A DNA stretch of 64,000 bases from positions 66,590-130,589 of the forward strand of contig QQVM01000009.1 of NCBI GenBank assembly GCA_003389385.1. The letters are read 5' to 3'. Each line of letters opens with the position of its first letter. The stretch's first letter is position 1. Below the pieces are notes generated by a model. It was not told where the DNA came from. It saw only the letters and a program-made list of their open reading frames with translations, and made no database searches. The DNA comes from Bacteroidota bacterium (GTDB lineage Bacteria > Bacteroidota > Bacteroidia > AKYH767-A > 2013-40CM-41-45). A program made the translations under genes and the position numbers. Of the stretch, positions 1 through 8,412 are shown one piece after another.

Positions 1-60
1 TTGCTGATAAGTTTGTTAATACTTAAATTCACATTTGATTAAGCACCGTTCTTTCGAGTT

Positions 61-68
61 TACCTTTG
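61..68 (+). promoter_or_regulatory. Candidate Bacteroidota -7 promoter box TAccTTTG
   Basis: Exact TAnnTTTG match 20 nt upstream of the cyclophilin ATG. Confidence 0.4.
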
Positions 69-87
69 TATTCTAAATTTTGTTGGT

Positions 88-528
88 ATGAAAAAGGCGA
101 AAATTACTACGAGTAAGGGTGAGATGTTGATTGAATTCTATGAAAAGGATGCTCCGGTCACAGTAAAGAATTTTTGCGATCTCGCAAGCAAGGGGTTTTA
201 CAATGGACTAACTTTTCACCGGGTCATACCCAACTTTGTGATTCAGGGTGGTTGCCCTGAAGGAACTGGCATAGGCGGACCGGGTTATACAATTCCATGT
301 GAACTGGATGGGGACAATCAGTATCATGACCGGGGTGTATTATCCATGGCTCACGCAGGAAGAAACACCGGCGGTTCTCAGTTTTTCATCTGCCATAACC
401 GTGCAAATACATCACACCTGGATCGCAAGCACACATGCTTCGGTAAAGTAATTGAAGGATTGGAAGTGATCGACCAAATCCACCAGGGCGATAAGATTGA
501 AAAAATTGAAGTGATTGAGGCAGCATGA
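88..528 (+). CDS. Peptidyl-prolyl cis-trans isomerase, cyclophilin type
   Basis: 146-aa ORF with cyclophilin signatures [18 protein letters not shown] and [17 protein letters not shown] TAccTTTG box lies 20 nt upstream. Confidence 0.93.
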   Translation: MKKAKITTSKGEMLIEFYEKDAPVTVKNFCDLASKGFYNGLTFHRVIPNFVIQGGCPEGTGIGGPGYTIPCELDGDNQYHDRGVLSMAHAGRNTGGSQFFICHNRANTSHLDRKHTCFGKVIEGLEVIDQIHQGDKIEKIEVIEAA

Positions 529-660
529 CCCAAGCCTTACGGTAGCAGATGCAAACTCAGGACATGTTTACTTATTGGGATTTGAAATGATTTCTGTAAG
601 AGATTTATATCAATTGAAAATTTTTAGTACGGATTTGCATTATATTTCATTATTCAGAGA

Positions 661-1074
661 ATGAACAGGTTTAAATATAAGATTTGGGATTTTAAGAATG
701 TCCTTCTCATTGATGACAATGAAGCTGACAACCATGTCAACAAATCAATTTTGTTGAAGAATGATTATGCCTTAGATGTTCATTGTTGCACTTCTTCAGA
801 TGAAGGGATTGCTTATCTGGAGTCCTGCATGAAAACATCAAAAGAAATCCCGGATTTAATTTTCCTGGACATTATCATGCCTAAGGTGGATGGCTTTGGA
901 TTTCTAAATGAGTTCGCGAAGCTCGACAGAAGAATCAGGAATTACACAAGCATCGTGATGCTTACATCTTCAACGGATCTGATTGATTACTACCGAGCCA
1001 TCAGAAATCCCTATGTGTTGAGTTATCTGAAAAAGCCGCTGAATATTTTCGAGTTGAGAGCACTGGCAGCTTGA
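661..1074 (+). CDS. Stand-alone response-regulator receiver domain protein (CheY-like)
   Basis: 137 aa. Has an acidic pair (LLIDDNEADN), a phospho-acceptor context (DLIFLDIIMPKVDGFGFL) and a conserved Lys context (LKKP). No output domain. Confidence 0.85.
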   Translation: MNRFKYKIWDFKNVLLIDDNEADNHVNKSILLKNDYALDVHCCTSSDEGIAYLESCMKTSKEIPDLIFLDIIMPKVDGFGFLNEFAKLDRRIRNYTSIVMLTSSTDLIDYYRAIRNPYVLSYLKKPLNIFELRALAA

Positions 1075-1081
1075 GCTAATA

Positions 1082-1143
1082 TCTGAACCGGGATATTGTC
1101 TGAACTGGGATTTATGGGATTTGTTGGATGTAGTCTGAACTGG
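1082..1143. repeat. Three direct copies of TCTGAACYGG in a non-coding spacer
   Basis: tctgaaccgg at 1082-1091, tctgaactgg at 1099-1108 and tctgaactgg at 1134-1143. No ORF covers them. Confidence 0.6.
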
Positions 1144-1185
1144 CAATTTTGTTTTAATACTGAATCAATTGAAATCTGGCACTTA

Positions 1186-1266
1186 TTGATCCCCGAAGGG
1201 GATCAACATGGGTAGCAGCGTGGAATCACAACATGAATTACAAGCCCGAAGGGCTTGAACGTGAAT
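1186..1266. repeat. Pair of REP-like GC-rich hairpins with GAA loops, each followed by an AAC(A/G)TG(A/G)(A/G)T motif
   Basis: ttgatcccc-gaa-ggggatcaa (1186-1206, perfect 9-bp stem) and caagccc-gaa-gggcttg (1241-1257, perfect 7-bp stem). caacatgggt, caacatgaat and gaacgtgaat recur at 1204, 1229 and 1257. The pair lies upstream of a RAYT-like gene. Confidence 0.55.
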
Positions 1267-1644
1267 TCAACAACCTGAAAAAATTTTCAGCGATACAATT
1301 ATGTATGAACGTTTGTGTTCACGCTCAGAAATATTTTAATCATATTTTAATATTCTGCTTTTACAGTTTTTACCATTGATTCAATAGTAATATTTTTCGA
1401 AATGTATCAATTAGAAATAATGGAGTTAATGATCCCAATTCTCTTAATACGTTCACACATGTAAGTATCCGAATTCGTAAATGATGAAAGATTAATTTAA
1501 AAGAGCATTATAATCTTCAATGTGCAATTGAAAACCTTGGAGTATTGTATAGAATAATAGCATCAATACAAGCCAATAATCTGAGGGGAGATAGCCTCTT
1601 AAGGATGAAGCGTTTTATAACCATGGAATTTGAACCATCATCAT

Positions 1645-2153
1645 GAGCTCCGTAGGAGCGAAACAAGAACAAACATCATGGCCAACACCTACACCCAATT
1701 GTACATACATATAATTTTTGCGGTAAAAGGCAGAAGAAATTTAATTTCAAAAATCTGGAAAGTGAAATTGTTTCAATACATCTCCGGCATCATTTCCAAT
1801 AAAGAACAAAAACTGATAATCATCAATGGCGTGTCAGACCATGTTCATTTACTCAGAGGGCTGCATCCTGATTGCAGACTTTCGGATTTGGTAAGAGACA
1901 TCATGGCCAATTCATCAAGATGAAGAAACGAAAACAAATTGGTAACTCGAAAATTTGAATGGCAGAAAGGATTCTGAGCATTTTCTGTCGAACCATCACA
2001 GGTTCCCAAGGCTATAAATTTTATTCTGACACAAGAAGAACATCATCAAAAAAAACCTTTAAGGAAGAATACATTGAATTTCTTGGGGACTATCAAATCG
2101 AATTTAATCAGCAATATATTTTTGATAATATTGGTTTCGCTCCTACGTAGCTC
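1645..2153 (+). mobile_element. Degenerate IS200/IS605-family (REP-associated tyrosine transposase-like) unit bounded by a 20-nt inverted repeat
   Basis: gagctccgtaggagcgaaac (1645-1664) matches the reverse complement of gtttcgctcctacgtagctc (2134-2153) at 19 of 20 positions. The repeats bracket the disrupted Y1 transposase reading frame. Confidence 0.6.
1678..2150 (+). pseudogene. IS200-like / RAYT-like Y1 (HUH) transposase, disrupted
   Basis: The N-terminus MANTYTQLYIHIIFAVKGR with the HUH motif SDHVHLL is typical of IS200-like transposases. The frame is broken by in-frame TGA at 1921-1923 and 1975-1977. It then needs a frame change within the A8 run (2048-2055) to reach the conserved tail KKTFKEEYIEFL. 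The expected catalytic Tyr context reads NFILTQ. Confidence 0.75.
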
Positions 2154-2349
2154 AACAATTTTCATATTAATCTAATTTGTGCATTTTTTAAATGATTTTG
2201 CTACCCGCATTTCTGATTCCATGTTTCAAATAAAAGCCTAAAAGCTAAAATTTGACCAAGAATCCCTTATTTATTAATATGATAGGCAACTTTCCGTGTG
2301 AAATCATGTAAAAAAGTTCTGATCTTTATGACATTATAAAAGCAATCAG

Positions 2350-4638
2350 ATGAGATTGAATTTCAGCAAATTACTATTTTCAGAAATGAGAGGGGTATTA
2401 TTAATTCTCAGCCTAACTTTTGGTTCATTCAATTTGCATGCAATAGAGCCAACGGTTCCGGCATCCTTGTTTTCTGCAAACATCAGCAACTGCAATGAAG
2501 TGGATTTGTCCTGGGTGAACGGAAACGGATCCAGGAGGATTGTGGTGGCCAGCGCTCACAATCCTGTGAACGCATTTCCGAACGATGGGGTCACATACCT
2601 AGCAGGGAGCTTGTTTGGCAGTGGTTCTAATCTTGGGAATAATAATTTTGTCGTATACAACAGTACTGGCAACAGCATGACTGTAACCGGACTGAATGCA
2701 GGACGCACTTATCATTTCGCAATTTTTGAATACAATGGCAATGGTGCCAGCTCTGATTATCTTATCTCCACTTATCCAGAGGCTGATACTGTTCCTTTTG
2801 GAGTAACCATCACCATTATTGCATCGGATACTGTTTTATGCAATGGCAGTTCCGTTTCACTTACGGCGCAAGGTGCACAAACGTATGTATGGACGCCTGC
2901 CTCAGGCCTATCATCTACGACAGGATCCAATGTGACTGCATCCCCATCGGCAACTACTCGATATTCTGTATTCGGAACTGATTCGCTCGGCTGTCAGGCG
3001 GTAGAACGTATTTTGTTAACAGTTAATCCGAGACCGAGTGTTTCCCTATCTTCACAGGGCAGCATGTGTGTGGATGATAATCCAAGAACCCTTAGTGGAG
3101 GTTCTCCATCCGGTGGAACTTATAGCGGAACAGGCGTGAACAATGGTGAGTTTGATCCTTCTGATGCGGGAGTCGGTGTTCACAGTATCACATATACATA
3201 TACTAATGTGCAAGGATGCAGCAACTCCGCAAGCCAAAATCTTACTGTAAATGCTCTTCCGGTGGTGACTTTAGGTTCATTCGCTGCCCGCTGCCTGAAT
3301 GCGGGTAACCTCACCCTGAGCGGTGGAAGTCCTTCGGGAGGAACATACAGTGGTTCGGGCGTTAGTGGAGGGGTGTTCAATCCTCAGACAGCAGGTGCAG
3401 GCACTCATACCATCACCTATTCATATACAAACGCACAAGGTTGCTCTAACTCAGCTACATCATCCATCACAGTGAATGCGCCGCCGGTAGTTAGCTTGTC
3501 TAACTTCGGAACGGTTTGTATTAACACTTCTCCATTTACTCTTACCGGAGGAAGTCCTGCCGGTGGAACCTATAGCGGAACAGGTGTCAACGCCGGTGTG
3601 TTTAATCCCAGCGCTGCCGGAACCGGAAATCATACCATCACTTACAGGTTCACTAATGCCCAGGGTTGCAGTGATTCCACCACTGCAAATATTCAAGTCA
3701 GCAATCTTCCTAATGTAACCCTTGCAGCGTTTGACAGCGTATGTTATTCTACAGGTTCCTATCTTCTCACAGGTGGCGATCCTGCAGGAGGTGTTTATTC
3801 AGGCCCGGGCGTTTCGATGAACGAGTTCAATCCATCCGCCGCGGATACCGGAGTGCATACAATTACCTATACATATACCGATGTAAATGGCTGTGTCAAT
3901 TCAGCGTCAGGACCTCTTGTGGTGAAACCGGATCCAGTAGTCACTTTGACGGCAATACCTTCGGTCTGTGCGAATACCGGTCCTGTCACCTTGTCGGGAG
4001 GTTCGCCTGCAGGAGGCACATACTCCGGTAATGCAGTAAGTAATGGAATTTTCTTTACCGGTATTGCCGGGGCAGGTTCTCATTTCATTCTCTATTCGTA
4101 TACTGCATCCAACGGTTGCACTTCATCCGCGTCACGTAACATTCAGGTTCATGCTATACCTAGTCCTCATCTCGGACCTGATACTACAGTTTGTGCAAAC
4201 GCTTCTATTGAATTGAACCCCGGTAATGGTTTCAGTTCTTACTCCTGGTCAAATGGTGCAAATACTCCTACCATTACTGTGGATACAATGGGAAGAGGGA
4301 CTGGCACATTTATGTTCAGAGTGACAGTAAGTAATTCTTTTTCTTGCACAAACCGAGACACCATTTTGGTGACATTCGACATTTGCAGTTCTCTGCCGGA
4401 GAAGATGCAAGGCAAACAAATAAAAGTTTCCCCAAATCCATTCAGCGATAACTTTATGGTCTCGATGCAGGAAGATTTTGAATTGAGATTAATCGACAGG
4501 ACCGGTCGTTTACTCGAAGTCGGAAAATCATCAGCAGGAAAATATAAAGGAGGGAATACACTTGCTCCAGGAATTTACTTCGCTGAAATTACCTCCTCTG
4601 GAATCAGGAAAATAATAAGGATAGTGAAGACTCACTGA
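2350..4638 (+). CDS. Secreted repeat-rich (Ig-like module) surface protein with T9SS C-terminal sorting domain
   Basis: 762 aa with an N-terminal hydrophobic signal region. Five tandem modules fit C..(L/T)(S/T)GG.P.GG.YSG.GV...F.P..AG.G.H.I.Y.(Y/F)T...GC. The C-terminus (KVSPNPFSDNF...GIYFAEI...IVKTH) resembles a T9SS type-A sorting domain. Confidence 0.8.
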   Translation: MRLNFSKLLFSEMRGVLLILSLTFGSFNLHAIEPTVPASLFSANISNCNEVDLSWVNGNGSRRIVVASAHNPVNAFPNDGVTYLAGSLFGSGSNLGNNNFVVYNSTGNSMTVTGLNAGRTYHFAIFEYNGNGASSDYLISTYPEADTVPFGVTITIIASDTVLCNGSSVSLTAQGAQTYVWTPASGLSSTTGSNVTASPSATTRYSVFGTDSLGCQAVERILLTVNPRPSVSLSSQGSMCVDDNPRTLSGGSPSGGTYSGTGVNNGEFDPSDAGVGVHSITYTYTNVQGCSNSASQNLTVNALPVVTLGSFAARCLNAGNLTLSGGSPSGGTYSGSGVSGGVFNPQTAGAGTHTITYSYTNAQGCSNSATSSITVNAPPVVSLSNFGTVCINTSPFTLTGGSPAGGTYSGTGVNAGVFNPSAAGTGNHTITYRFTNAQGCSDSTTANIQVSNLPNVTLAAFDSVCYSTGSYLLTGGDPAGGVYSGPGVSMNEFNPSAADTGVHTITYTYTDVNGCVNSASGPLVVKPDPVVTLTAIPSVCANTGPVTLSGGSPAGGTYSGNAVSNGIFFTGIAGAGSHFILYSYTASNGCTSSASRNIQVHAIPSPHLGPDTTVCANASIELNPGNGFSSYSWSNGANTPTITVDTMGRGTGTFMFRVTVSNSFSCTNRDTILVTFDICSSLPEKMQGKQIKVSPNPFSDNFMVSMQEDFELRLIDRTGRLLEVGKSSAGKYKGGNTLAPGIYFAEITSSGIRKIIRIVKTH
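3028..4158 (+). repeat. Five tandem in-frame coding repeats of 225-231 nt (75-77 aa)
   Basis: Module starts, taken at the conserved Pro codon, fall at 3028, 3259, 3484, 3709 and 3934. The next Pro is at 4159. Confidence 0.85.
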
Positions 4639-4656
4639 TGTTTTAAATCATATCAG

Positions 4657-6138
4657 TTAAACTGTCTCCAGAACCTCAAGGATTTTTACCATCGCAAGAG
4701 TGTCGGTTTTGCAGTATTCAAGCAAGTCGGCTCTGATTTTTTTACGGTCTGCATCAGGATTAATCATCATACTCCTGAATGCGATTCCTGCCATTTCGCC
4801 TTCACTGATCTCCAGTTTGTCATAGTCCATTTCCGGCACTAATGCCGGTAGCACTTTCTTGATTGAATAGGAACCATTCATGGAAGGATGGTAATAGTCT
4901 CCGTTTCTGAAAGGAGTCATCAGGTCTTTCATTCTCTCGGAGAGTGCTGTCATTGCTGATTGGTACTGCGGAAAATCCTCTGCAAGTTTATTCACAATCG
5001 ATTTTTCAAATCCGATATTGTATGTGAGTATGTCGCCTTTCTTTGTCGTATCCTTCAATAATTTTTCGATGAATGCAGGTCGCGGATCATCCTGACCGTC
5101 TGCCAGGAAAAAATTGTGAGATAAGTCACTGGATTTATCTTTCTTGTAATGGAGCGAGTATTGGAATGGAATCTGCTGAAAAGGTCTGGACTTGTTGAAA
5201 AGCGGAACAGCAGTCTGGAAAGATTCAAAGTCCAGAAAGTACAATGGGTAAGAAATTCCGGAAAGAAATTCGCGTACCCCTTTTTTATTGATGTGTTTTT
5301 TCCCAGACAGATAACTATTGATTTGTATTTCCTGGTAAGCAGTCAGCTCAAGTTCTCCGTTCAGATCTTCCAGCTTCACAGTCCCCTCTTCATATAATTC
5401 AAACTTTCTTGATTCACGCAGACGTGAAACATCAAACACAGACGGAGAAGGAATATGACTCCAGCAATGATCTGTGAATTCACACTCATAAGGATCACTG
5501 CAATGCGGACCGATGTCTACTTCCGGTTCCACTCCGTTTTTAAGAAGTTTTTTTAATTCACGGATTTTTTTTTCGACGATATCCTGGGTCATTAAGACAT
5601 CTTTCAATACAGATTCAATCCGGAATAATTTTGAAATGTTCAGCCTGCCTTTTCTGACATATTCGTTATTGATATGAATAATTGAAATGTCCTTCAGGCT
5701 GATGCCTGATCCGGTGATTACATGATATTGAAGGGAGGCGTCTGTAATGTTCACTTCTTTTATCTGGGTCGAACTTTTAACCTCGTATGCCTCCCATTTA
5801 TTTCCGTTTTTGACAAGTATGTCAATTGCGGCAAGAACGCCTTCGTGTTGAAATGCTGCTTCATAAATAATTTTTACTCCGGAACGAATGAGATCTTTAG
5901 TCAGCAGAACTGACTTCTGGTATTCGTAAGTAGACTCCGGACTCGCATCCACACCGCCCGGAAAAAGTTTTTGCGCAAGCAAACCCACATCGGTGCCGGT
6001 GTCGAAAATCGCCTGTCGAGCCTCAGAGATTTTCGGCTTCAGTTCAGGCTTGAATTTATGCAGGAACAATCGTTTCGGACATTGGCATCCGTATACAAAA
6101 GTAGATTTTGAAAGCACGTGCTTTGTCAGGGTTTTCAT
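4657..6138 (-). CDS. DUF2779-type protein: Cas4/RecB-like Fe-S PD-(D/E)XK nuclease domain fused to a DEDD-like exonuclease domain
   Basis: 493 aa. The N-terminal half has GCQCPKRLFL, AAIDIL...YEVKSS (D...ExK), LQYHV (QxxxY) and the cysteine cluster CSDPYECEFTDHC. The C-terminal half has YFLDFES, YNIGFEKS and EYCKTD acidic motifs. Confidence 0.75.
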   Translation of the reverse strand: MKTLTKHVLSKSTFVYGCQCPKRLFLHKFKPELKPKISEARQAIFDTGTDVGLLAQKLFPGGVDASPESTYEYQKSVLLTKDLIRSGVKIIYEAAFQHEGVLAAIDILVKNGNKWEAYEVKSSTQIKEVNITDASLQYHVITGSGISLKDISIIHINNEYVRKGRLNISKLFRIESVLKDVLMTQDIVEKKIRELKKLLKNGVEPEVDIGPHCSDPYECEFTDHCWSHIPSPSVFDVSRLRESRKFELYEEGTVKLEDLNGELELTAYQEIQINSYLSGKKHINKKGVREFLSGISYPLYFLDFESFQTAVPLFNKSRPFQQIPFQYSLHYKKDKSSDLSHNFFLADGQDDPRPAFIEKLLKDTTKKGDILTYNIGFEKSIVNKLAEDFPQYQSAMTALSERMKDLMTPFRNGDYYHPSMNGSYSIKKVLPALVPEMDYDKLEISEGEMAGIAFRSMMINPDADRKKIRADLLEYCKTDTLAMVKILEVLETV

Positions 6139-6204
6139 ATAAGAAATCTGTATACTCGATGTAAAATAAGATACTTGCTACGCATTGTATCTGCGCAGGC
6201 TATA

Positions 6205-7212
6205 TCAGGAATAATTATTCAGGGAGTTTCTAAGTGTCTTTTTTATTTCTTCCCTGAGCCAGTCGGGCTTGATTACTTTACAGTTTTCCCCATAACTGAG
6301 AATCTGCATGTTCAGTTCATGGGAGGGAATGACATTGATGCTGATTCGGAACTCGTTTTTATTTTCTTTAATTATTTTCTGCGTATGATGAATTGCCTGG
6401 GCTTTGATGTATCTGCCTTCCAGCGGACTGAATGAAAGAATGATCTTTTGTGCTTTCAGGTCATTCACGGTGATGCCAAAGGAATGACGGAAGAATTCTT
6501 TCGAGTCGAAGCCGTTGATCTGACGGAAAGTTTCATCATTGTAGCGGATGTTGCGTATGCGATCCAGTCCGAAGGTGAGCACTTTGTCGAATGCTTCTGA
6601 AAATCCGGTTACATACCACCGATTCCTGTATTCTCTTACCAGATAGGGGTGAAGCTTATGGGAGCTCGATTTGTTTTTGGCAAAATTAAAATAATCAAAC
6701 TGAATTGTTTTATGGTCCAGGATGGAGCGCAGAATACCATCCAGCAAATCTGTTCCCTCTGTGTGTGAGGCCCGCTCAACTTGAATGATGTCAACTGTTC
6801 TGACACCATACATAGAGCGACTTATGTGCACAGCCTGCAACAGACGTTCAATGGTAGTTTCAAACTGCTTTAATATTGGAAAGTCACGGAACTGCTTTAG
6901 CATTCCGGCTGCGAATTCCAATGCATACAAATCATCTTGTTTCAGAGGAAGCTTACTGATAGAATATGTCGGATCGGTATAGAAATAACCCTTATGTAAT
7001 TTATGATAATCGATTGGGGCATGAAAATTCAGGCCTTCGTCGAAACGCATGGCATATATGTCTTTTTGAATTGTTGAATTCGAGAAAGATTTTCCAAGAA
7101 TTGACTCGCATTTCTCAACGAGTTCCTCCAGTGACGGATATGGCTTCTGTTTGTTTGTCAGCGCTTCGTCAATCAGACGATACCGAGTAAATGCTTCTTT
7201 GTTTTTGGGCAT
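6205..7212 (-). CDS. WYL-domain transcriptional regulator (wHTH-WYL-WCX architecture)
   Basis: Start taken at MPKNKEAFTRYRLID (ATG at 7212; the longer ORF reaches 7314). WYL core is HPYLVREYRNRWYVTGF...TFGLDRI. The C-terminal extension is typical of PafBC/BrxR-like regulators. Confidence 0.8.
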   Translation of the reverse strand: MPKNKEAFTRYRLIDEALTNKQKPYPSLEELVEKCESILGKSFSNSTIQKDIYAMRFDEGLNFHAPIDYHKLHKGYFYTDPTYSISKLPLKQDDLYALEFAAGMLKQFRDFPILKQFETTIERLLQAVHISRSMYGVRTVDIIQVERASHTEGTDLLDGILRSILDHKTIQFDYFNFAKNKSSSHKLHPYLVREYRNRWYVTGFSEAFDKVLTFGLDRIRNIRYNDETFRQINGFDSKEFFRHSFGITVNDLKAQKIILSFSPLEGRYIKAQAIHHTQKIIKENKNEFRISINVIPSHELNMQILSYGENCKVIKPDWLREEIKKTLRNSLNNYS

Positions 7213-7477
7213 AAAATATTTTTCAATGCGTAAATAGACTGCGTACCTGAACCGGAGATTTGCATAATGAATCAGGGTTGTAATACAGACATTCCCCTGA
7301 AACACCCTCATCAATGAATGAAAATAAAATTAAACAATAATCATGTAATCGGAAAAATTGCCGGGTTTGCAATGCGCATATTTTAATCTTTATTCTGCAA
7401 TTTGTCAGCTCCAGGTTGCAGATATTCCAATCTTTAGGAAGTGCGTTCGGTGTTAAAACTTTTCCGGAACCCGGATT

Positions 7478-8389
7478 TTATCTGTACAACCAATTATCAG
7501 AGTACCCATTTCGCAATCTCCATGCTGTAAAATGGGCATGTACATGACTAAGAAGATGATTGCCTTGCGAAAAAGAATCGTATGAAAGAACATTAAAAGC
7601 CAAGAGGTTATGGATTCCAATTTTAGTTTTACCTTTTAATTCAAGCACGAGTCTTCCTGATGCATTTTCAGGATTGAGTGATTCATCAAGAAATGGGAAG
7701 TCCGACCTGTCTGAAAAATCTCTCATATGGCCTTTGCCCTGGGCATATACAAGCTGAAATGCAGCAGGTTTCATTGGAAACAAGCTTATTTGTTTTACCA
7801 ATTCTGTTTGCTCCAGCGCCTTTCCGTTTTCCCTTAGTGAAATTATGCATTTACGCATATCCGGAATAATACAATGAAGATCTGTTGGAAACACATTTAT
7901 CTTTTCTCCAGAGGAAAGCAGCAGCAGGCTGATCATTCTCGGATATGAGTATGCAAGCTCCAGTACTCTGTAAGTTTTATGATCCGGACTGAGCTGATCT
8001 TTGCGCGATTTCAACCGGTTGATCCGTTTTAACAGTTTCTGGAAGCCGCTGAGGAAGTTATTGTCTGCTGAAGCAGCTTGAAACAAAGTGAGCCCGAAAA
8101 AATCATCCCTTGTTTTTTCAAGATGAATATTTCCGAGTAAAATATCATTACAATAAAAAGTTAGAAAAGCTTCGCCTGAAGAATGTAAAATTATTTCAGC
8201 AGGAATTCCGAAAATTATCGGCTTGTAGCCCAGGAGAAACTGAGAGTCATCGACATTGACGGAAAATTCCCCTGAAGTATAAGTAACACGAAGGTCAGAC
8301 TTCAGCTCTTTGTTATCAATACAGACGTATTCATTCGGCAAGAATGTGCCCGGACTGATATGGTTTATAATTTTTTTAAGAAGATTCAA
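7478..8389 (-). CDS. Hypothetical protein (C-terminal half weakly resembles a flavin-reductase-like split barrel)
   Basis: 303-aa ORF starting 23 nt downstream of the helicase stop codon on the same strand. No diagnostic motif. YPRMISLLLLSSGEKINVFPTDLH loosely resembles FMN-binding split-barrel proteins. Confidence 0.55.
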   Translation of the reverse strand: MNLLKKIINHISPGTFLPNEYVCIDNKELKSDLRVTYTSGEFSVNVDDSQFLLGYKPIIFGIPAEIILHSSGEAFLTFYCNDILLGNIHLEKTRDDFFGLTLFQAASADNNFLSGFQKLLKRINRLKSRKDQLSPDHKTYRVLELAYSYPRMISLLLLSSGEKINVFPTDLHCIIPDMRKCIISLRENGKALEQTELVKQISLFPMKPAAFQLVYAQGKGHMRDFSDRSDFPFLDESLNPENASGRLVLELKGKTKIGIHNLLAFNVLSYDSFSQGNHLLSHVHAHFTAWRLRNGYSDNWLYR

Positions 8390-8412
8390 TATGCAGTCAG
8401 GATGAAGAAACT

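Noticed and set aside
1630-1677. N-terminal extension (TTG start, MNHHHELRR...) of the IS200-like ORF
   Set aside because: Family members start at MANTYTQ-like sequences, and the extension overlaps the left inverted repeat. It is likely an artefact of allowing TTG starts.
1921-1977. Two in-frame TGA codons in the IS200-like gene as possible stop-codon reassignment or selenocysteine
   Set aside because: Many well-supported genes in the window terminate at TGA (for example 528, 1074, 4638 and 14756). The same gene also needs a frameshift and may have lost its catalytic Tyr. Ordinary pseudogenisation is the simpler explanation.
3028-4158. Regularly spaced DNA repeats that might be taken for a CRISPR-like array
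   Set aside because: The period is 225-231 nt, the repeats are in-frame protein modules of one long ORF, and there is no short-repeat/unique-spacer architecture.
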